Shown here in pieces: positions 1-10,206 of a DNA stretch of 64,000 nucleotides. Position numbers and translations under genes: made by a program. The stretch is from a virus. Its lineage: Duplodnaviria; Caudoviricetes. Within the stretch, counting starts at the first letter, position 1. Every line of letters begins with the position of its first letter. The notes beneath the pieces are model-generated. The model was not told where the DNA came from. It searched no databases and saw nothing but the letters and a program-made list of their open reading frames with translations. The stretch covers positions 64,001 to 128,000 of the IMG/VR virus record IMGVR_UViG_3300026549_000030, one strand, 5' to 3'.

Positions 1-159
1 AACAGCCGTCTTTGCATTGTCAAACGCATTACGTACTGCGTTTCCTGCACGCTTGAACCAACTGACTTCATCGATTCCCTCGGCTAAAAGGGCGCTCTTT
101 ATGGTTTTGTTTATAACGTTCCTAAGTTGTTCTTCTGTTAATGGTACTCTTTTTTCCAT
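1..159 (-). CDS. Partial ORF (runs off window) with L-T-E-x-Q-L leader; probable head-associated protein
   Basis: Manual translation from ATG at 159 gives MEKRVPLTEEQLRNVIKQTIKSALLAEGIDEVSWFK..., open to the window edge. A TATTTAT motif lies upstream (179-185). Confidence 0.65.
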   Translation of the reverse strand, partial: MEKRVPLTEEQLRNVINKTIKSALLAEGIDEVSWFKRAGNAVRNAFDNAKTAV

Positions 160-242
160 AATATATTATTTTTTTTTAATAAATATCTGTTTAATGGCAA
201 AACGTAGGCACACATAAAAGAAAATCGCAGATTGCTCTGCGA

Positions 243-866
243 TTAAAATGTTGCACAATCTATTTCGTTTTTCATTCTTATCAATTCTCGGGAATCTGAG
301 GCTGAAAGCCCTGAGTAAAATACATCTAAAAATGTTTTAACTGTTTTCTTTGTTATGTTCGTCCTATACATAAGAAGCATACTGTATTCGTAATTTCCGT
401 CTTTTGATAATGGCGGCTGAGCGTATTTTATAGGAACTTGTTTAAATCCCCACTTTTCATACATTTCTTTTCTCTTAACAGGATCCATTCCAGAATTTTC
501 TACAGAAACTGTTTCTGGATTGTCTATCTCGATAAAAACATTTCCATAATTTCTTACGGAGCTTTCAAATAAATCCCTTCCAACGCCTTTACGCCTATAC
601 TCTTCTTTCACAACGAGATAGATTGGCTGAGCAATATCTTCTGTAAGATAATCTGTAACGATTCCTCCAATAACGCACCCGTTATCTTTGGCAAGAATAA
701 TCCTTGTCTCGGGAGTACCCCCGTTTTTAATTCTGTTTATTATATTTTCAAATGGCTCCCTCTCGTCCTCATTAGGAAAAAGCGGAATATAGAGTGAATC
801 TCTAAACTCCGCTAAATCTTCCTTAAATATTTCACAATCGGATGCGTTCTTAATGTATATTCTCAT
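243..866 (-). CDS. GNAT-family acetyltransferase
   Basis: Acetyl-CoA motif A 'YLVVKEEYRRKGVGRDL' and 'MYEKWGF'. Confidence 0.8.
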   Translation of the reverse strand: MRIYIKNASDCEIFKEDLAEFRDSLYIPLFPNEDEREPFENIINRIKNGGTPETRIILAKDNGCVIGGIVTDYLTEDIAQPIYLVVKEEYRRKGVGRDLFESSVRNYGNVFIEIDNPETVSVENSGMDPVKRKEMYEKWGFKQVPIKYAQPPLSKDGNYEYSMLLMYRTNITKKTVKTFLDVFYSGLSASDSRELIRMKNEIDCATF

Positions 867-1368
867 ATCGTTCCCAAATCTTGTGGGTTATGTCCACCCA
901 ACCGACTCTTACGATTCCGCAAATACGGCACGCAGTTTGTGTTTTCTGATTTTCGTAAAGTCTTTGATTTGTGGTTCTTATATTGAGTGGCCCACATGAT
1001 TCAATATACGGTCCGATTTTGATATAATCAAGAGTATCAAAGAAAAAATCGTCATGAACAACCTCTCTACCTGAATACAATCCAACTTTTAATTTCGGAT
1101 ATTTTTCTTTCACATAAAGAATCAATTTTTCAAGCGATTCCGCGTCGTTTCCCTCACCCATAAAGCAGAAACAAGTGATACCCTCATTTTTCCTTATAAG
1201 CCCGTCTACGGCGTTTTCTGTGAGTTCCTCGCCAATGTTCTGACAAAGGTACGCACTATGACAGCCGGGGCACCTGTTCTGACAATTACTTATGTTTACA
1301 GCAAGCGTGATTTCGTCAGGAATTTCTTCAAAAACAACTTGTGTATCTTGTGGTATGTATTTAATCAT
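850..1368 (-). CDS. nrdG: Anaerobic ribonucleotide reductase activating protein (radical SAM)
   Basis: CxxxCxxC 'CQNRCPGCHS', 'VVFEEIPDEITLAVNIS', 'DYIKIGPY', 'TTNQRLY'. Lies downstream of nrdD; start taken at MIKYIP (1368). Confidence 0.9.
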   Translation of the reverse strand: MIKYIPQDTQVVFEEIPDEITLAVNISNCQNRCPGCHSAYLCQNIGEELTENAVDGLIRKNEGITCFCFMGEGNDAESLEKLILYVKEKYPKLKVGLYSGREVVHDDFFFDTLDYIKIGPYIESCGPLNIRTTNQRLYENQKTQTACRICGIVRVGWVDITHKIWERYENIH

Positions 1369-2431
1369 TTTCTTCATGTTTTTTATACCCATGAACCTTG
1401 AATAAATGACACTCTTTACAATATGTTATTAAGTTGCCCATATCATTCATTCTCGGATCATTAGTCATTATCTTAAAAAGTTTCTCCTCATCTTTCTGTA
1501 CATCAAATGTACTATTTTCTGCTAAAATTTCATTAAATATCTCTTTAAATGGCTTAATATGATGAACATGTAATTGTTTTCTTGAACCGCACATTTGGCA
1601 CCTTTTTCCATCCCGTTCAATCACGTCTTTTACTTGGTAGCATCTGAAATACTCTCTTAGCCTCATATATAATCCACTCCTTCCTCCTTTCCAATTAGGA
1701 TGCTTTTCACCTGAAAATAAGCCGATTTTTGCTTCTGATGAAGTTCTTTTTTGTATTCCTAACTCCCTCAATACTCTATCAACAAAATTCGCAGAAACAT
1801 TAAATTGAACGGCAATATCCTTTTTTGATAAATGTCTTTCTATATATAAATCATATACTACCTGAAAGTCTTTTAGTTCTTCTGGGAATTGTTTATTGTT
1901 CTTAACAAAATGTGATTCTGATAATTTCCTTCTGTCAATGCCACAATGCGACAAGTGCTTTATAACCGTTCTATGTGTTACGCCAATTATCTTCGCTATA
2001 TCAGTTGTTGATTTCCCATTCTTGTATAAATAAACTATCTTCTCATCATTGGAATCGTCATAAAAATCTCGTGACATCATTGATACTGTTCTCTTAAGCC
2101 CAAGTTCTTTAACTTCCCTATCTACCGCCTTCGGAGAAACGTTCAGTATCTTTGCAATCTCATTTATTGGGGAGCCATCGTTAAAAAGAGATTTCATTTT
2201 TTCTACGTCCCCAACTTTTTGCTTGAACGGAGATGTTATATTGTACTCTTTCCCTTTAATGCTACCTTTTTCTCTTAATTGAACGCCCTCACGCCTAAGT
2301 ATTCTATTTATCGTTGAGAGCGAACAACCAACTATTTCGCCAATCTCTTTGGTTGTTTTTAGTTCATTAAGATATAAATGCTTAATTGTTTCAATATCTA
2401 AGTTTTTCATATTAATGCGTTCATACATCAA
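1361..2431 (-). CDS. Free-standing HNH homing endonuclease with tandem HTH repeats
   Basis: About four HTH-like repeats (e.g. 'TTKEIGEIVGCSLSTINRIL'), 'GEKHPNWKGG', and HNH core 'CQMCG...HVHHIKPF...NLITYCKECH'. Inserted between nrdD and nrdG. Confidence 0.85.
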   Translation of the reverse strand: MMYERINMKNLDIETIKHLYLNELKTTKEIGEIVGCSLSTINRILRREGVQLREKGSIKGKEYNITSPFKQKVGDVEKMKSLFNDGSPINEIAKILNVSPKAVDREVKELGLKRTVSMMSRDFYDDSNDEKIVYLYKNGKSTTDIAKIIGVTHRTVIKHLSHCGIDRRKLSESHFVKNNKQFPEELKDFQVVYDLYIERHLSKKDIAVQFNVSANFVDRVLRELGIQKRTSSEAKIGLFSGEKHPNWKGGRSGLYMRLREYFRCYQVKDVIERDGKRCQMCGSRKQLHVHHIKPFKEIFNEILAENSTFDVQKDEEKLFKIMTNDPRMNDMGNLITYCKECHLFKVHGYKKHEEND

Positions 2432-2468
2432 TAAATATATGAACTACCAAAAAAGAATAAACAAAAAG

Positions 2469-2500
2469 AAAAAAGATAGTATCAAATACTATCTTTTTTT
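2469..2500 (-). terminator. Inverted repeat overlapping the nrdD stop codon
   Basis: aaaaaagatagtat-caa-atactatctttttt, followed by a U-rich tract on the minus strand. Confidence 0.5.
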
Positions 2501-4638
2501 GTATATACTCTTGTTTTTTGCTCTATTCTTCTACCTTCACTCCAATTTTTAATTTTTGTAAGATACCCAATTACTCTGTCATAATAATCAATATGTTCGC
2601 TTCCGCATTTTGGGCATACTGTGAACGGCTGTTTTGCAATATACCCACAATCCCTACATTCTGCGTTTGGAACATTGTATGTATGATAACTACACCCAAC
2701 TTCTGCAGCATATTGAAGCAATTTCCAATACTGTTCTTTGCTTAAATGGGAATCTAAGTTTATATGAGCCGCTGCGCCTCCATCAAGATTATCAGTGGCG
2801 AAATTTGTTCCCATCATATATAGCTTATCGAGTACTGACGTATTCTCATTTGGCTTATATATGTAACTAGCATATAGGTTGGTATCATCCGGCACCCAGT
2901 ATCCGTCTTCTTTATCCCAGTTATAAAATTTCACTGCCACAGATTCGGCTGGTACCTGTTCTGTATTGAACGTTGTCTTCTTTGTCTTATGCTTTTCGTT
3001 TTCTTCTTTGACCGTTCCAAAAATAAACCGGCAGAACTCACTATATGCTTTATTTTTGCTGCACTTTAGACCAAGAAATTCTGCTGCCTGATTGAGTCCA
3101 TTCAATCCAATTGTCAGATATTGCTTGTTTAAATCAATAAATCCTGCACTGTAAACAGGAAGAAGCCCCGCGTCATACATATCCCACAAATATTCGTTGT
3201 ATGCCGTATGATACTTGTAAACACGATTCAATATCTTAACAATATGCGAACGATAGTTTGTCTTATTTTCTTCTGTGAAGTTTTTAAAACATGGGCGCTC
3301 CCCAAATTCTTTTTTACAGAAATCTTGGGTTATTCTGTTAAGATTAAGCGTAATAACAGACTTTGAGCCTGTCTCTACACCAATATTTCCATTCGTGAAA
3401 CTAAACTCTTTTGTCTGAACTTTATTTCTCAACCTGCAACAAGAACTAAGTGAATCTGCCGTTTCAGAAATATAAATAAAGAAAGAATGCCCTCTTTCTA
3501 ACTCCTCTGCAACAAATCGCGCATTTTCCTCATCAACAAATTTTCCATCCTTATATATCAAGGCAAATGACTCAACTGGGAACGTGAGAACTTTTCTCAG
3601 CCTCTCCGCATTAAACCACTTCATAAATTCTTTCTGAAGCCAATTGAGACTTTCCCATTTTGGCTGTGTTCCGTCAGGGAAATAAAATTCACCAAACATT
3701 GCGTCAAAGAATGGTTTGTCAAAATACGAAAAGTTAAGAAATGGAGACTGCGAATTACGACTCGAAGCCGGACTGTTGACTGAATATATCACACCCTGAA
3801 AATGCTGTTCTATTTCACTACGAATAGTCTTCTTCTTTTTGCTTCTTCCGCAAGAAATTACATCTTCCGGATAAAGATAATAGTCGTCGCCCCATTCTTT
3901 TCTCGCAAACCAGTCGAAAAATAATAAAAATTCTGGCGTGGCAACCGCACCTGCATACTGAGATGCTATGGCAAAAAGTAAATTATTAAAAGAACCGCAA
4001 TATCCCGCCAGATTTTGAGGCGCTTCTGAAGTTCCACCAATAACCTTTGTTCCATTTAAGATAAATGGATACATAGATATGGAAACGCAGTATGGCGCAA
4101 TTGGGCCAGCAAAAGAAGATTCATCATGTTTATATAAGATATGCCCATTAAGATCCTTGGTGTAATTTCTGCTGTTAAAAGTAGGATACAATTTTTGAAG
4201 CTTATGCTCTATCATTGCGCGGCTAATCATTATATTTGTATCTTTGTGGATTTCAGCATTCAATAAACTTACATTCTTTCCGGTTGCATTTGAATTATCG
4301 TCGATTGTTGCATCTGCATTGTTTTGAGAAGCTTTATATCTCTCAATGAACTCTTCCTTGCTTAGCACAAATTGGCATATAGCTTCACGTTTTGCCCAAT
4401 TAAGAATGTATGCTTTCGCCGCATTGAAATTTCTCTTTGCTAGCTCTTCTTCTACAAACCTTCTTATTTCTTGACTACTTGTTCCTTCTACAACATGCTC
4501 TTCAACTGCATTTACCGTTTCTGCAATTAGCGGATTGTCTCTCTTTTCACCAGACATTACATATGCCTCACATATTCCTTTCTTTACCTTATCCCTGCTG
4601 AACTCCTCATAAGTCCCGTCACTTTTTCTTACTTCCAT
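2482..4638 (-). CDS. nrdD: Class III anaerobic ribonucleoside-triphosphate reductase with N-terminal ATP cone
   Basis: ATP cone 'MEVRKSDG..EEFSRDKVKKGI', 'SSCCRL', zinc site 'CRDCG...CPKCGS', glycyl-radical motif 'RVIGYL'. Confidence 0.95.
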   Translation of the reverse strand: MEVRKSDGTYEEFSRDKVKKGICEAYVMSGEKRDNPLIAETVNAVEEHVVEGTSSQEIRRFVEEELAKRNFNAAKAYILNWAKREAICQFVLSKEEFIERYKASQNNADATIDDNSNATGKNVSLLNAEIHKDTNIMISRAMIEHKLQKLYPTFNSRNYTKDLNGHILYKHDESSFAGPIAPYCVSISMYPFILNGTKVIGGTSEAPQNLAGYCGSFNNLLFAIASQYAGAVATPEFLLFFDWFARKEWGDDYYLYPEDVISCGRSKKKKTIRSEIEQHFQGVIYSVNSPASSRNSQSPFLNFSYFDKPFFDAMFGEFYFPDGTQPKWESLNWLQKEFMKWFNAERLRKVLTFPVESFALIYKDGKFVDEENARFVAEELERGHSFFIYISETADSLSSCCRLRNKVQTKEFSFTNGNIGVETGSKSVITLNLNRITQDFCKKEFGERPCFKNFTEENKTNYRSHIVKILNRVYKYHTAYNEYLWDMYDAGLLPVYSAGFIDLNKQYLTIGLNGLNQAAEFLGLKCSKNKAYSEFCRFIFGTVKEENEKHKTKKTTFNTEQVPAESVAVKFYNWDKEDGYWVPDDTNLYASYIYKPNENTSVLDKLYMMGTNFATDNLDGGAAAHINLDSHLSKEQYWKLLQYAAEVGCSYHTYNVPNAECRDCGYIAKQPFTVCPKCGSEHIDYYDRVIGYLTKIKNWSEGRRIEQKTRVYTKKDSI

Positions 4639-4775
4639 TCTTAATTTTTAAACTAATTTTTGTTATTATTCGAGGGTAATCATAAATAGAATTTTTCCTC
4701 CTATTAAGCCCGAAAAATTAACCAAAAAAGTCGGAAAAATTTCACTTTTTTCCGACGTTATTGTTAGTCAAATAG

Positions 4776-6227
4776 TTACTCATTGTGGAGATTGAAACTT
4801 CGTCGAGCGTCACGAATCATCTCCTGCTGAATCTGTTTTTCCTTCTCCGTTGCGAACTCATTATATTCCAGAATGTCGTCAAATTCAACTACATCGCTGC
4901 AATCAATCGTACATGTTCCGTTGTTGAAATAAACACCTTCAAGGTTGATAGTGTCTCGCCCACCTCGGTTCTTCAAGAGTGAAATTGTTGCACGATATTC
5001 CTTCTTCTGCTCAGGCGTACGGCTGATAGAAATGATAACGTGGGAAATCTGTCCCTTCTTGATTGAACCTCCCATTTTATCGGTGGTTACAATCTCGCTC
5101 ATAATACTATCCCTGTTACCCTGACAAGGAATCCAAATTGCGATGTCAAGTTCCGCTGCCAGGTTCTCGAGTTTTCTCATAGTGCGTCCCTCTCTCTCGG
5201 TAACGTCAAGTTTGCCCGTTCCCGGCTCGGGTGCAATACACTCAAAGTAGTCGATTACAACAAAATCAGGCTTGAACCCTTCATTCGTAACTTTGAGAAT
5301 GTAATTCTTGATATCGGCAACCGTCTTTTCTCCTGAAAGGAATCTGACAATCCTGATATTGGAGTTGATAAGTTCCTTGTCCTTAGAATTTGCAAGGATT
5401 TGTCGTACCTTATTGGTGGTTTCTTCATCCTTATTCAAGTCCGCAGTTTCAACCTGACTGATTTTCGAGAAATATTTCCTATGAATATCCCTATGGGTGT
5501 CCTCGAAAATAATCTGCAATCCCTTGAATCCTTCATAATTGTTAGCTTCACAGAGATATGTAGCGGCATTCGCCGCATAGCAGGTAGTCATTGAAGTCTT
5601 ACCAAACCCCGTAGGACCAATAATGAGCCCAAGTTTACCCTTTTCAAGCCCTCCGCCAAGAACAGTGTCAAGTTTGCTTACGCCAGTAGGTATATGAACC
5701 GTGTGTTCTTCTGACAAGTCTTCCTCAACTGACTCGAAAGGCGTTGTCATACTGTCCTCGTGACGACGTACGGAAAAAATGTCTGACATTTCCTGTGAAT
5801 ACTTCGAAACCTCTTCCATTGTAGCGCCTGCTACTACGGACTGAACCATTTCGTTAGCACAACGGATTATCTCCTGCTGCTTGAAGAATTCCAAGCCGAG
5901 TTCCTCAATCTGCCCGCGCCCTTCGCAGGTAGTTTTCCTGAGTTTCTCGATTGTCTCGTTATAATACTGTAAGTCGTCATCATTGTGCACAAGTTTCTCC
6001 CTTACCTTGATGTTAATCATCTCATAGGAAGGGACAGAACCTGTGGCGTCATAGTAATCCTTCATAACACCCACGATTCCCCTCAGACAGGGCTCTGTGA
6101 AAGCGTTCTGCTCTACGACGGAATATATATCCTTAAAGAATTTTCCGTCCTCTACGAAGGAACTTACAAGCCTGTACTGATAATCGGCACCGAGAAATCC
6201 TAATGTTCTTTTCTCAATCTTTGCCAT
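4776..6227 (-). CDS. Replicative DnaB/gp41-like SF4 helicase
   Basis: Walker A 'GPTGFGKT', 'IIFED', 'VVIDYFECI', 'QGNR', 'KNRGG'. Confidence 0.9.
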   Translation of the reverse strand: MAKIEKRTLGFLGADYQYRLVSSFVEDGKFFKDIYSVVEQNAFTEPCLRGIVGVMKDYYDATGSVPSYEMINIKVREKLVHNDDDLQYYNETIEKLRKTTCEGRGQIEELGLEFFKQQEIIRCANEMVQSVVAGATMEEVSKYSQEMSDIFSVRRHEDSMTTPFESVEEDLSEEHTVHIPTGVSKLDTVLGGGLEKGKLGLIIGPTGFGKTSMTTCYAANAATYLCEANNYEGFKGLQIIFEDTHRDIHRKYFSKISQVETADLNKDEETTNKVRQILANSKDKELINSNIRIVRFLSGEKTVADIKNYILKVTNEGFKPDFVVIDYFECIAPEPGTGKLDVTEREGRTMRKLENLAAELDIAIWIPCQGNRDSIMSEIVTTDKMGGSIKKGQISHVIISISRTPEQKKEYRATISLLKNRGGRDTINLEGVYFNNGTCTIDCSDVVEFDDILEYNEFATEKEKQIQQEMIRDARRSFNLHNE

Positions 6228-6239
6228 GATTACAGTATA

Positions 6240-7049
6240 TTATTGGTTACGGAAATAAGCGTTTGTTTTAGCCCGATACTCGGCTTCTACTTTCTTGATG
6301 TACTTTTCCTCAGTATTCGCAATGTCAAGGTCATACTTGCGTCCGCCATAATCAAGGTACGTGGTGTACTCAGAAACGTCGTCGTAGCTGCACGCGGTGC
6401 TGAGGGCATTGAGTATCTTTGGAATAATACTCGTCATAGACTTCATGTACTTCTTAATGAGGAAAGACTCAATAGGTGCCTTAGTTACACCGTCAACCTC
6501 ATACTTGTTCTTAGAATTGGACAAGTCGATATTGCTTCTTACGAAGCGGGGACATATATTGGAAATGTCCCAAGAGACGGAACGAACCTCGTTCTTATTC
6601 TCCAAGAAGGAGAACTTAAGGATACACGGCTGCTCGGGAGCGGAACCGTCGAAATCGCTCGTATCGAACTTGTTGGCCCAAGGGAGCATTTCATTTCCGT
6701 TCCAATTGAAGATTTCCTTCGTTTCGCGGAGCACTGCAAAGCACGGAACCTCGAGTTTGAACCTATCTTCCTTGTGGTTCGCCACCCACGTGTCCATTTC
6801 TTCGCGGTTTTGGAACACCTGAGGAGCCATATACCAATTGAATATATTGGACTTCTCAATGAGATCCTTATTAATAATATCTACACACTTCTCAACAGCC
6901 TCTGTAAGCTGAAGAGAGACAAGTGAACGCTCCCTGAATCCGCCGATTCTGAAATAACGCTGGCAAACGATGTTCTCATTCACCGTAAGAACGAACTCAA
7001 AACGTTCAACCCTGATTTGATTGTCTTCTAAACTTTTGTTCTCTACCAT
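6240..7049 (-). CDS. Hypothetical protein in replication operon
   Basis: 269-aa ORF co-oriented with and abutting the helicase; TAnnTTTG element upstream (7086-7093). Confidence 0.7.
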   Translation of the reverse strand: MVENKSLEDNQIRVERFEFVLTVNENIVCQRYFRIGGFRERSLVSLQLTEAVEKCVDIINKDLIEKSNIFNWYMAPQVFQNREEMDTWVANHKEDRFKLEVPCFAVLRETKEIFNWNGNEMLPWANKFDTSDFDGSAPEQPCILKFSFLENKNEVRSVSWDISNICPRFVRSNIDLSNSKNKYEVDGVTKAPIESFLIKKYMKSMTSIIPKILNALSTACSYDDVSEYTTYLDYGGRKYDLDIANTEEKYIKKVEAEYRAKTNAYFRNQ

Positions 7050-7095
7050 TGATGGTTACTTTAAATGTTAAACAATAAACTATATCAAATATACA

Positions 7096-8301
7096 CTAAT
7101 TTTCTTTAACAGATTCTTCGTATCTCTTAATCTCTCTCTCCGCAAAACTTTTAAACGGAGCGAAAAATGATGCAAATTTTGTGTTGTTATTGAATTCTAC
7201 GATTCCGTCCTCAACAATATACTGATAAAGGTTCTTAAAGGAGCGCCCTTCCGGGTCCTGAGGAGCATACATCATAGATTCCATAGCCTCCTCTGCCTCT
7301 TTCGACAGTAGTGGGTGCTTCAAATCTATTATTTTTGTGTTGATCTCATAGAAGTCTCCCGCATATTCCTTATTCGAAACCCCATTAACAACGTTCTCGT
7401 GAACTTTTAATGGTTTTTTCTTGTTGTCAATGCGTTCCTGTATCAATTTCTTACACCTATCTATCACCTCGTCCGCAGTAATAGCTCGGTCAAGTGCCTC
7501 TGGCATAAGTTTAAAGAACCCTTCCTCCGAAAGCCCCTTAATATTACCTATATTATCGCTCGCATCGCCTGTAAAAATCTTCTTTACAAGTACGTTGCGG
7601 TAATCATACCCGAAATTTTCCTTGAAATTCTTGTTCGTTATAAATTTCTTGATTCCTTCACGCTGATTATATATGCAAACGTCGTCTGCAAGAAGCTGTG
7701 CTAGGTCCATATCTGTAGACATAATAACAATCTTCTCATTCGGCTTCTTATGCATACAATAATATGCTATTTGATCATCTCCCTCCGTGATTTCATCAAT
7801 ATTCCACCTAATATAGAGCTCATTGAAGTACCTGCAAAGGATATCTCGCTCCCTATCGAAATTTGCATCGATAAATTTCTCCCAATCCGACTTTTCCTTG
7901 CTGTTGTACTTTTCTGCGGTTCCGTTTTTCTTGTTGAAATACTGCATCATACTGCGGACCTTTTCATTCACCTGCTTCATATAGTCAGAAATACCATAAT
8001 CAGCATAATGCTTATCTCTATTCGCCTTATATTGTGGATATTCGTAAAATCTGAGGACTCCGCTGTACTCATTATCGAAAAAGACGTAGATATATTGGAA
8101 TTCACCCTTGGTAATCATCATTCTAAGCTGAAGTAGGAACTGAAAAACGCCGCCATAGTGCAATCCGTCGGAATTTACCTTAGTATCAGCCATACAACTG
8201 AATAAAAGGCTATTTCCGTCAACTAAAAGCGTCCTAAATGGGGGTTCCTGTATTAAATCAGGGTGAACTTCCTGTATTTTTTTTCTTATTGGTTGTGGCA
8301 T
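7096..8301 (-). CDS. 5'-3' exonuclease / flap endonuclease (T4 RNase H or PolA N-terminal-like)
   Basis: 'LLVDGNSL', 'YPQYKANR', 'EGDD', 'STDMDLAQL', H3TH 'GDASDNIGNIKG'. Confidence 0.9.
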   Translation of the reverse strand: MPQPIRKKIQEVHPDLIQEPPFRTLLVDGNSLLFSCMADTKVNSDGLHYGGVFQFLLQLRMMITKGEFQYIYVFFDNEYSGVLRFYEYPQYKANRDKHYADYGISDYMKQVNEKVRSMMQYFNKKNGTAEKYNSKEKSDWEKFIDANFDRERDILCRYFNELYIRWNIDEITEGDDQIAYYCMHKKPNEKIVIMSTDMDLAQLLADDVCIYNQREGIKKFITNKNFKENFGYDYRNVLVKKIFTGDASDNIGNIKGLSEEGFFKLMPEALDRAITADEVIDRCKKLIQERIDNKKKPLKVHENVVNGVSNKEYAGDFYEINTKIIDLKHPLLSKEAEEAMESMMYAPQDPEGRSFKNLYQYIVEDGIVEFNNNTKFASFFAPFKSFAEREIKRYEESVKEN

Positions 8302-8456
8302 ACTAGTCTAATTTTGGAAACTATATATGTTGTCCCGGTTTAAATATATAGAAAAAAAAAATAAATCCCGAAGGTGCGAATGAACCTGCTGTATTTATTT
8401 TTGTAAAAAAAGGTATTTTTTATGCGCTCCAAAGTCTCATCCATATTTCAAATATA

Positions 8457-10121
8457 TTAAATTTTCATTTTATAAACTTTGGTTCCGCAGTCATATATTC
8501 TATATAGTCCATTCCGAAAACAAAACTCATGTTCTGTCTCCTCCTTATTACAGCCATATTTTGAAACAAGAATGTCTTTCCTGTAACAGAAACGGTTTTT
8601 CCTAATTCTTCCTTCTACATAGAAATAATTTGGTGGAGATACATGGTCAAGGGTAAATCCAAGCCTTTCGTATAAATTTCCATTTGACCATCTTCTGTCA
8701 GCGTATGTGATTATTTCTTTCGGGTTTACCTGTTCAATAAAGTGTCTTAAAAGTTTTGACGCCCCGCCTATTACCATATAATTTTCTTCGTTACAAAATC
8801 TTAGTAATTCATAAGCGCCTTCTTTACTTTTATATCCAAGATTTCTCCTAAGCGTGGAAAATGTCATTACACTTATTAACTTTCCTTTATACATAAGTCC
8901 GTAATTGAATTTTCCACCAACATATCCTTGAATGTGATTTCTTTCAATGAATTCTTTTGCCTCTTTTTTCGAAAGTTCTGCAATTTGGCATTTTCTTGCA
9001 TAAACCTTATTTTCAGTTATCCCTAGTATGTTTCTTATTCTTGACTTGCAGATTTCTTTCTTAAACATCCACTCATCCTCGAAAATGTGGATAAGATGTA
9101 TACCGCGTTTCTCACACTCTTCCGTTTTCCATAGGTGATAGTTCTTATCTCTTTTTCTCTCGTCATGCCAATGCAATCCGTCAAATTCTATTGCAACTCT
9201 TTTAGATGGAATATAAACATCGAGTTCATGCGTCAATAAAACATCCCTATCTTTCTTGATAATTTTATAGTTCGGCAGAAGTTCGGATATAAAAGCATAA
9301 ATTTCCTCTTCTCCATTGGAGATAATGTATCCGCACTTCTGACAACCATTTCCACTTAAATGATAAGTCGGTAATTGTTCAAAATCCCCATGCTTCCTGC
9401 AGGTTATCGTAATGGGCGTAAAACAATCTTTATAAACAACCTTTTCGTATGAATATAAATCTCCGTGTATTGCCCTCGCATCTTTAATGAACCGCTCGGT
9501 GCTCTTCGTTCTCGAGTTCGCTCTCTTAATTTTTCCGCATTCCGGGCATCCTTGCCCTCTTAGATGCTGATGCGGCGTCTGATAAAATTCACCATGTTTC
9601 GGGCAAATAATCTTTACTTTATCCCTTACCGTCTCATAAACTACACCTGAATAGTCATATTTATCTCCGTGAATTTCTCTTGCCTTCTTTATGAATTCTT
9701 CCTTGGGAAGCCTCTGTATCTTTCCGATGTACTCTTCTGCACAAAGTGAACATCCCTTTCCTGCTAAATGTGCATACGGAGCCTGCCAAAATTCTCCGTG
9801 CTTTGGACAAATAATACACACCTTTGTATATGAATCAACATATTCAACTTTTGAATAATCATATCTTTCCTCATGAATCTTTCTTGCTTTTTCAATGAAT
9901 GTCTCTGTGGTGTATTTTTTCTTCTCAGAACGAGATTCTATTCCACATTTAGGGCATCCCTGTCCCTTAAGGTGCTGATGCGGCGATTGAAAAAAAGAAC
10001 CGTGCTTTGGGCAAATTATTTCCATTGGCTCTATGAGTTTCGTATAAACAGACTTTGAATAATCATATTTATTTCCATGCACCTTTCGGGCTCTTTCTAT
10101 TATTTGTTCTAAATTATACAT
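8457..10121 (-). CDS. Hef-like putative homing endonuclease: four zinc-ribbon repeats plus a Vsr/PD-(D/E)xK-like nuclease and a C-terminal domain
   Basis: Four repeats of 'FI.KAR.IHG.KYDYS..VY....IICPKHG.F.Q.P..HL.G.GCPKCG', then 'ELDVYIPSKRVAIEFDGLHWH'. Confidence 0.75.
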   Translation of the reverse strand: MYNLEQIIERARKVHGNKYDYSKSVYTKLIEPMEIICPKHGSFFQSPHQHLKGQGCPKCGIESRSEKKKYTTETFIEKARKIHEERYDYSKVEYVDSYTKVCIICPKHGEFWQAPYAHLAGKGCSLCAEEYIGKIQRLPKEEFIKKAREIHGDKYDYSGVVYETVRDKVKIICPKHGEFYQTPHQHLRGQGCPECGKIKRANSRTKSTERFIKDARAIHGDLYSYEKVVYKDCFTPITITCRKHGDFEQLPTYHLSGNGCQKCGYIISNGEEEIYAFISELLPNYKIIKKDRDVLLTHELDVYIPSKRVAIEFDGLHWHDERKRDKNYHLWKTEECEKRGIHLIHIFEDEWMFKKEICKSRIRNILGITENKVYARKCQIAELSKKEAKEFIERNHIQGYVGGKFNYGLMYKGKLISVMTFSTLRRNLGYKSKEGAYELLRFCNEENYMVIGGASKLLRHFIEQVNPKEIITYADRRWSNGNLYERLGFTLDHVSPPNYFYVEGRIRKNRFCYRKDILVSKYGCNKEETEHEFCFRNGLYRIYDCGTKVYKMKI

Positions 10122-10157
10122 AAAAATGGACTTTTAATTTCACTACAATAAATATAC

Positions 10158-10185
10158 AAAAACCCGCGAAAAAATCGCGGGTTTA
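10158..10185 (-). terminator. Intrinsic terminator after tail tube gene
   Basis: aaacccgcga-aaaaa-tcgcgggttt hairpin with T-tract on the minus strand. Confidence 0.7.
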
Positions 10186-10206
10186 AATAAAATATTTTGT
10201 TAAATT

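Noticed and set aside
2482-6227. Inteins or introns in nrdD and the helicase
   Set aside because: Both are of ordinary length with contiguous motifs and no splice-junction signatures.
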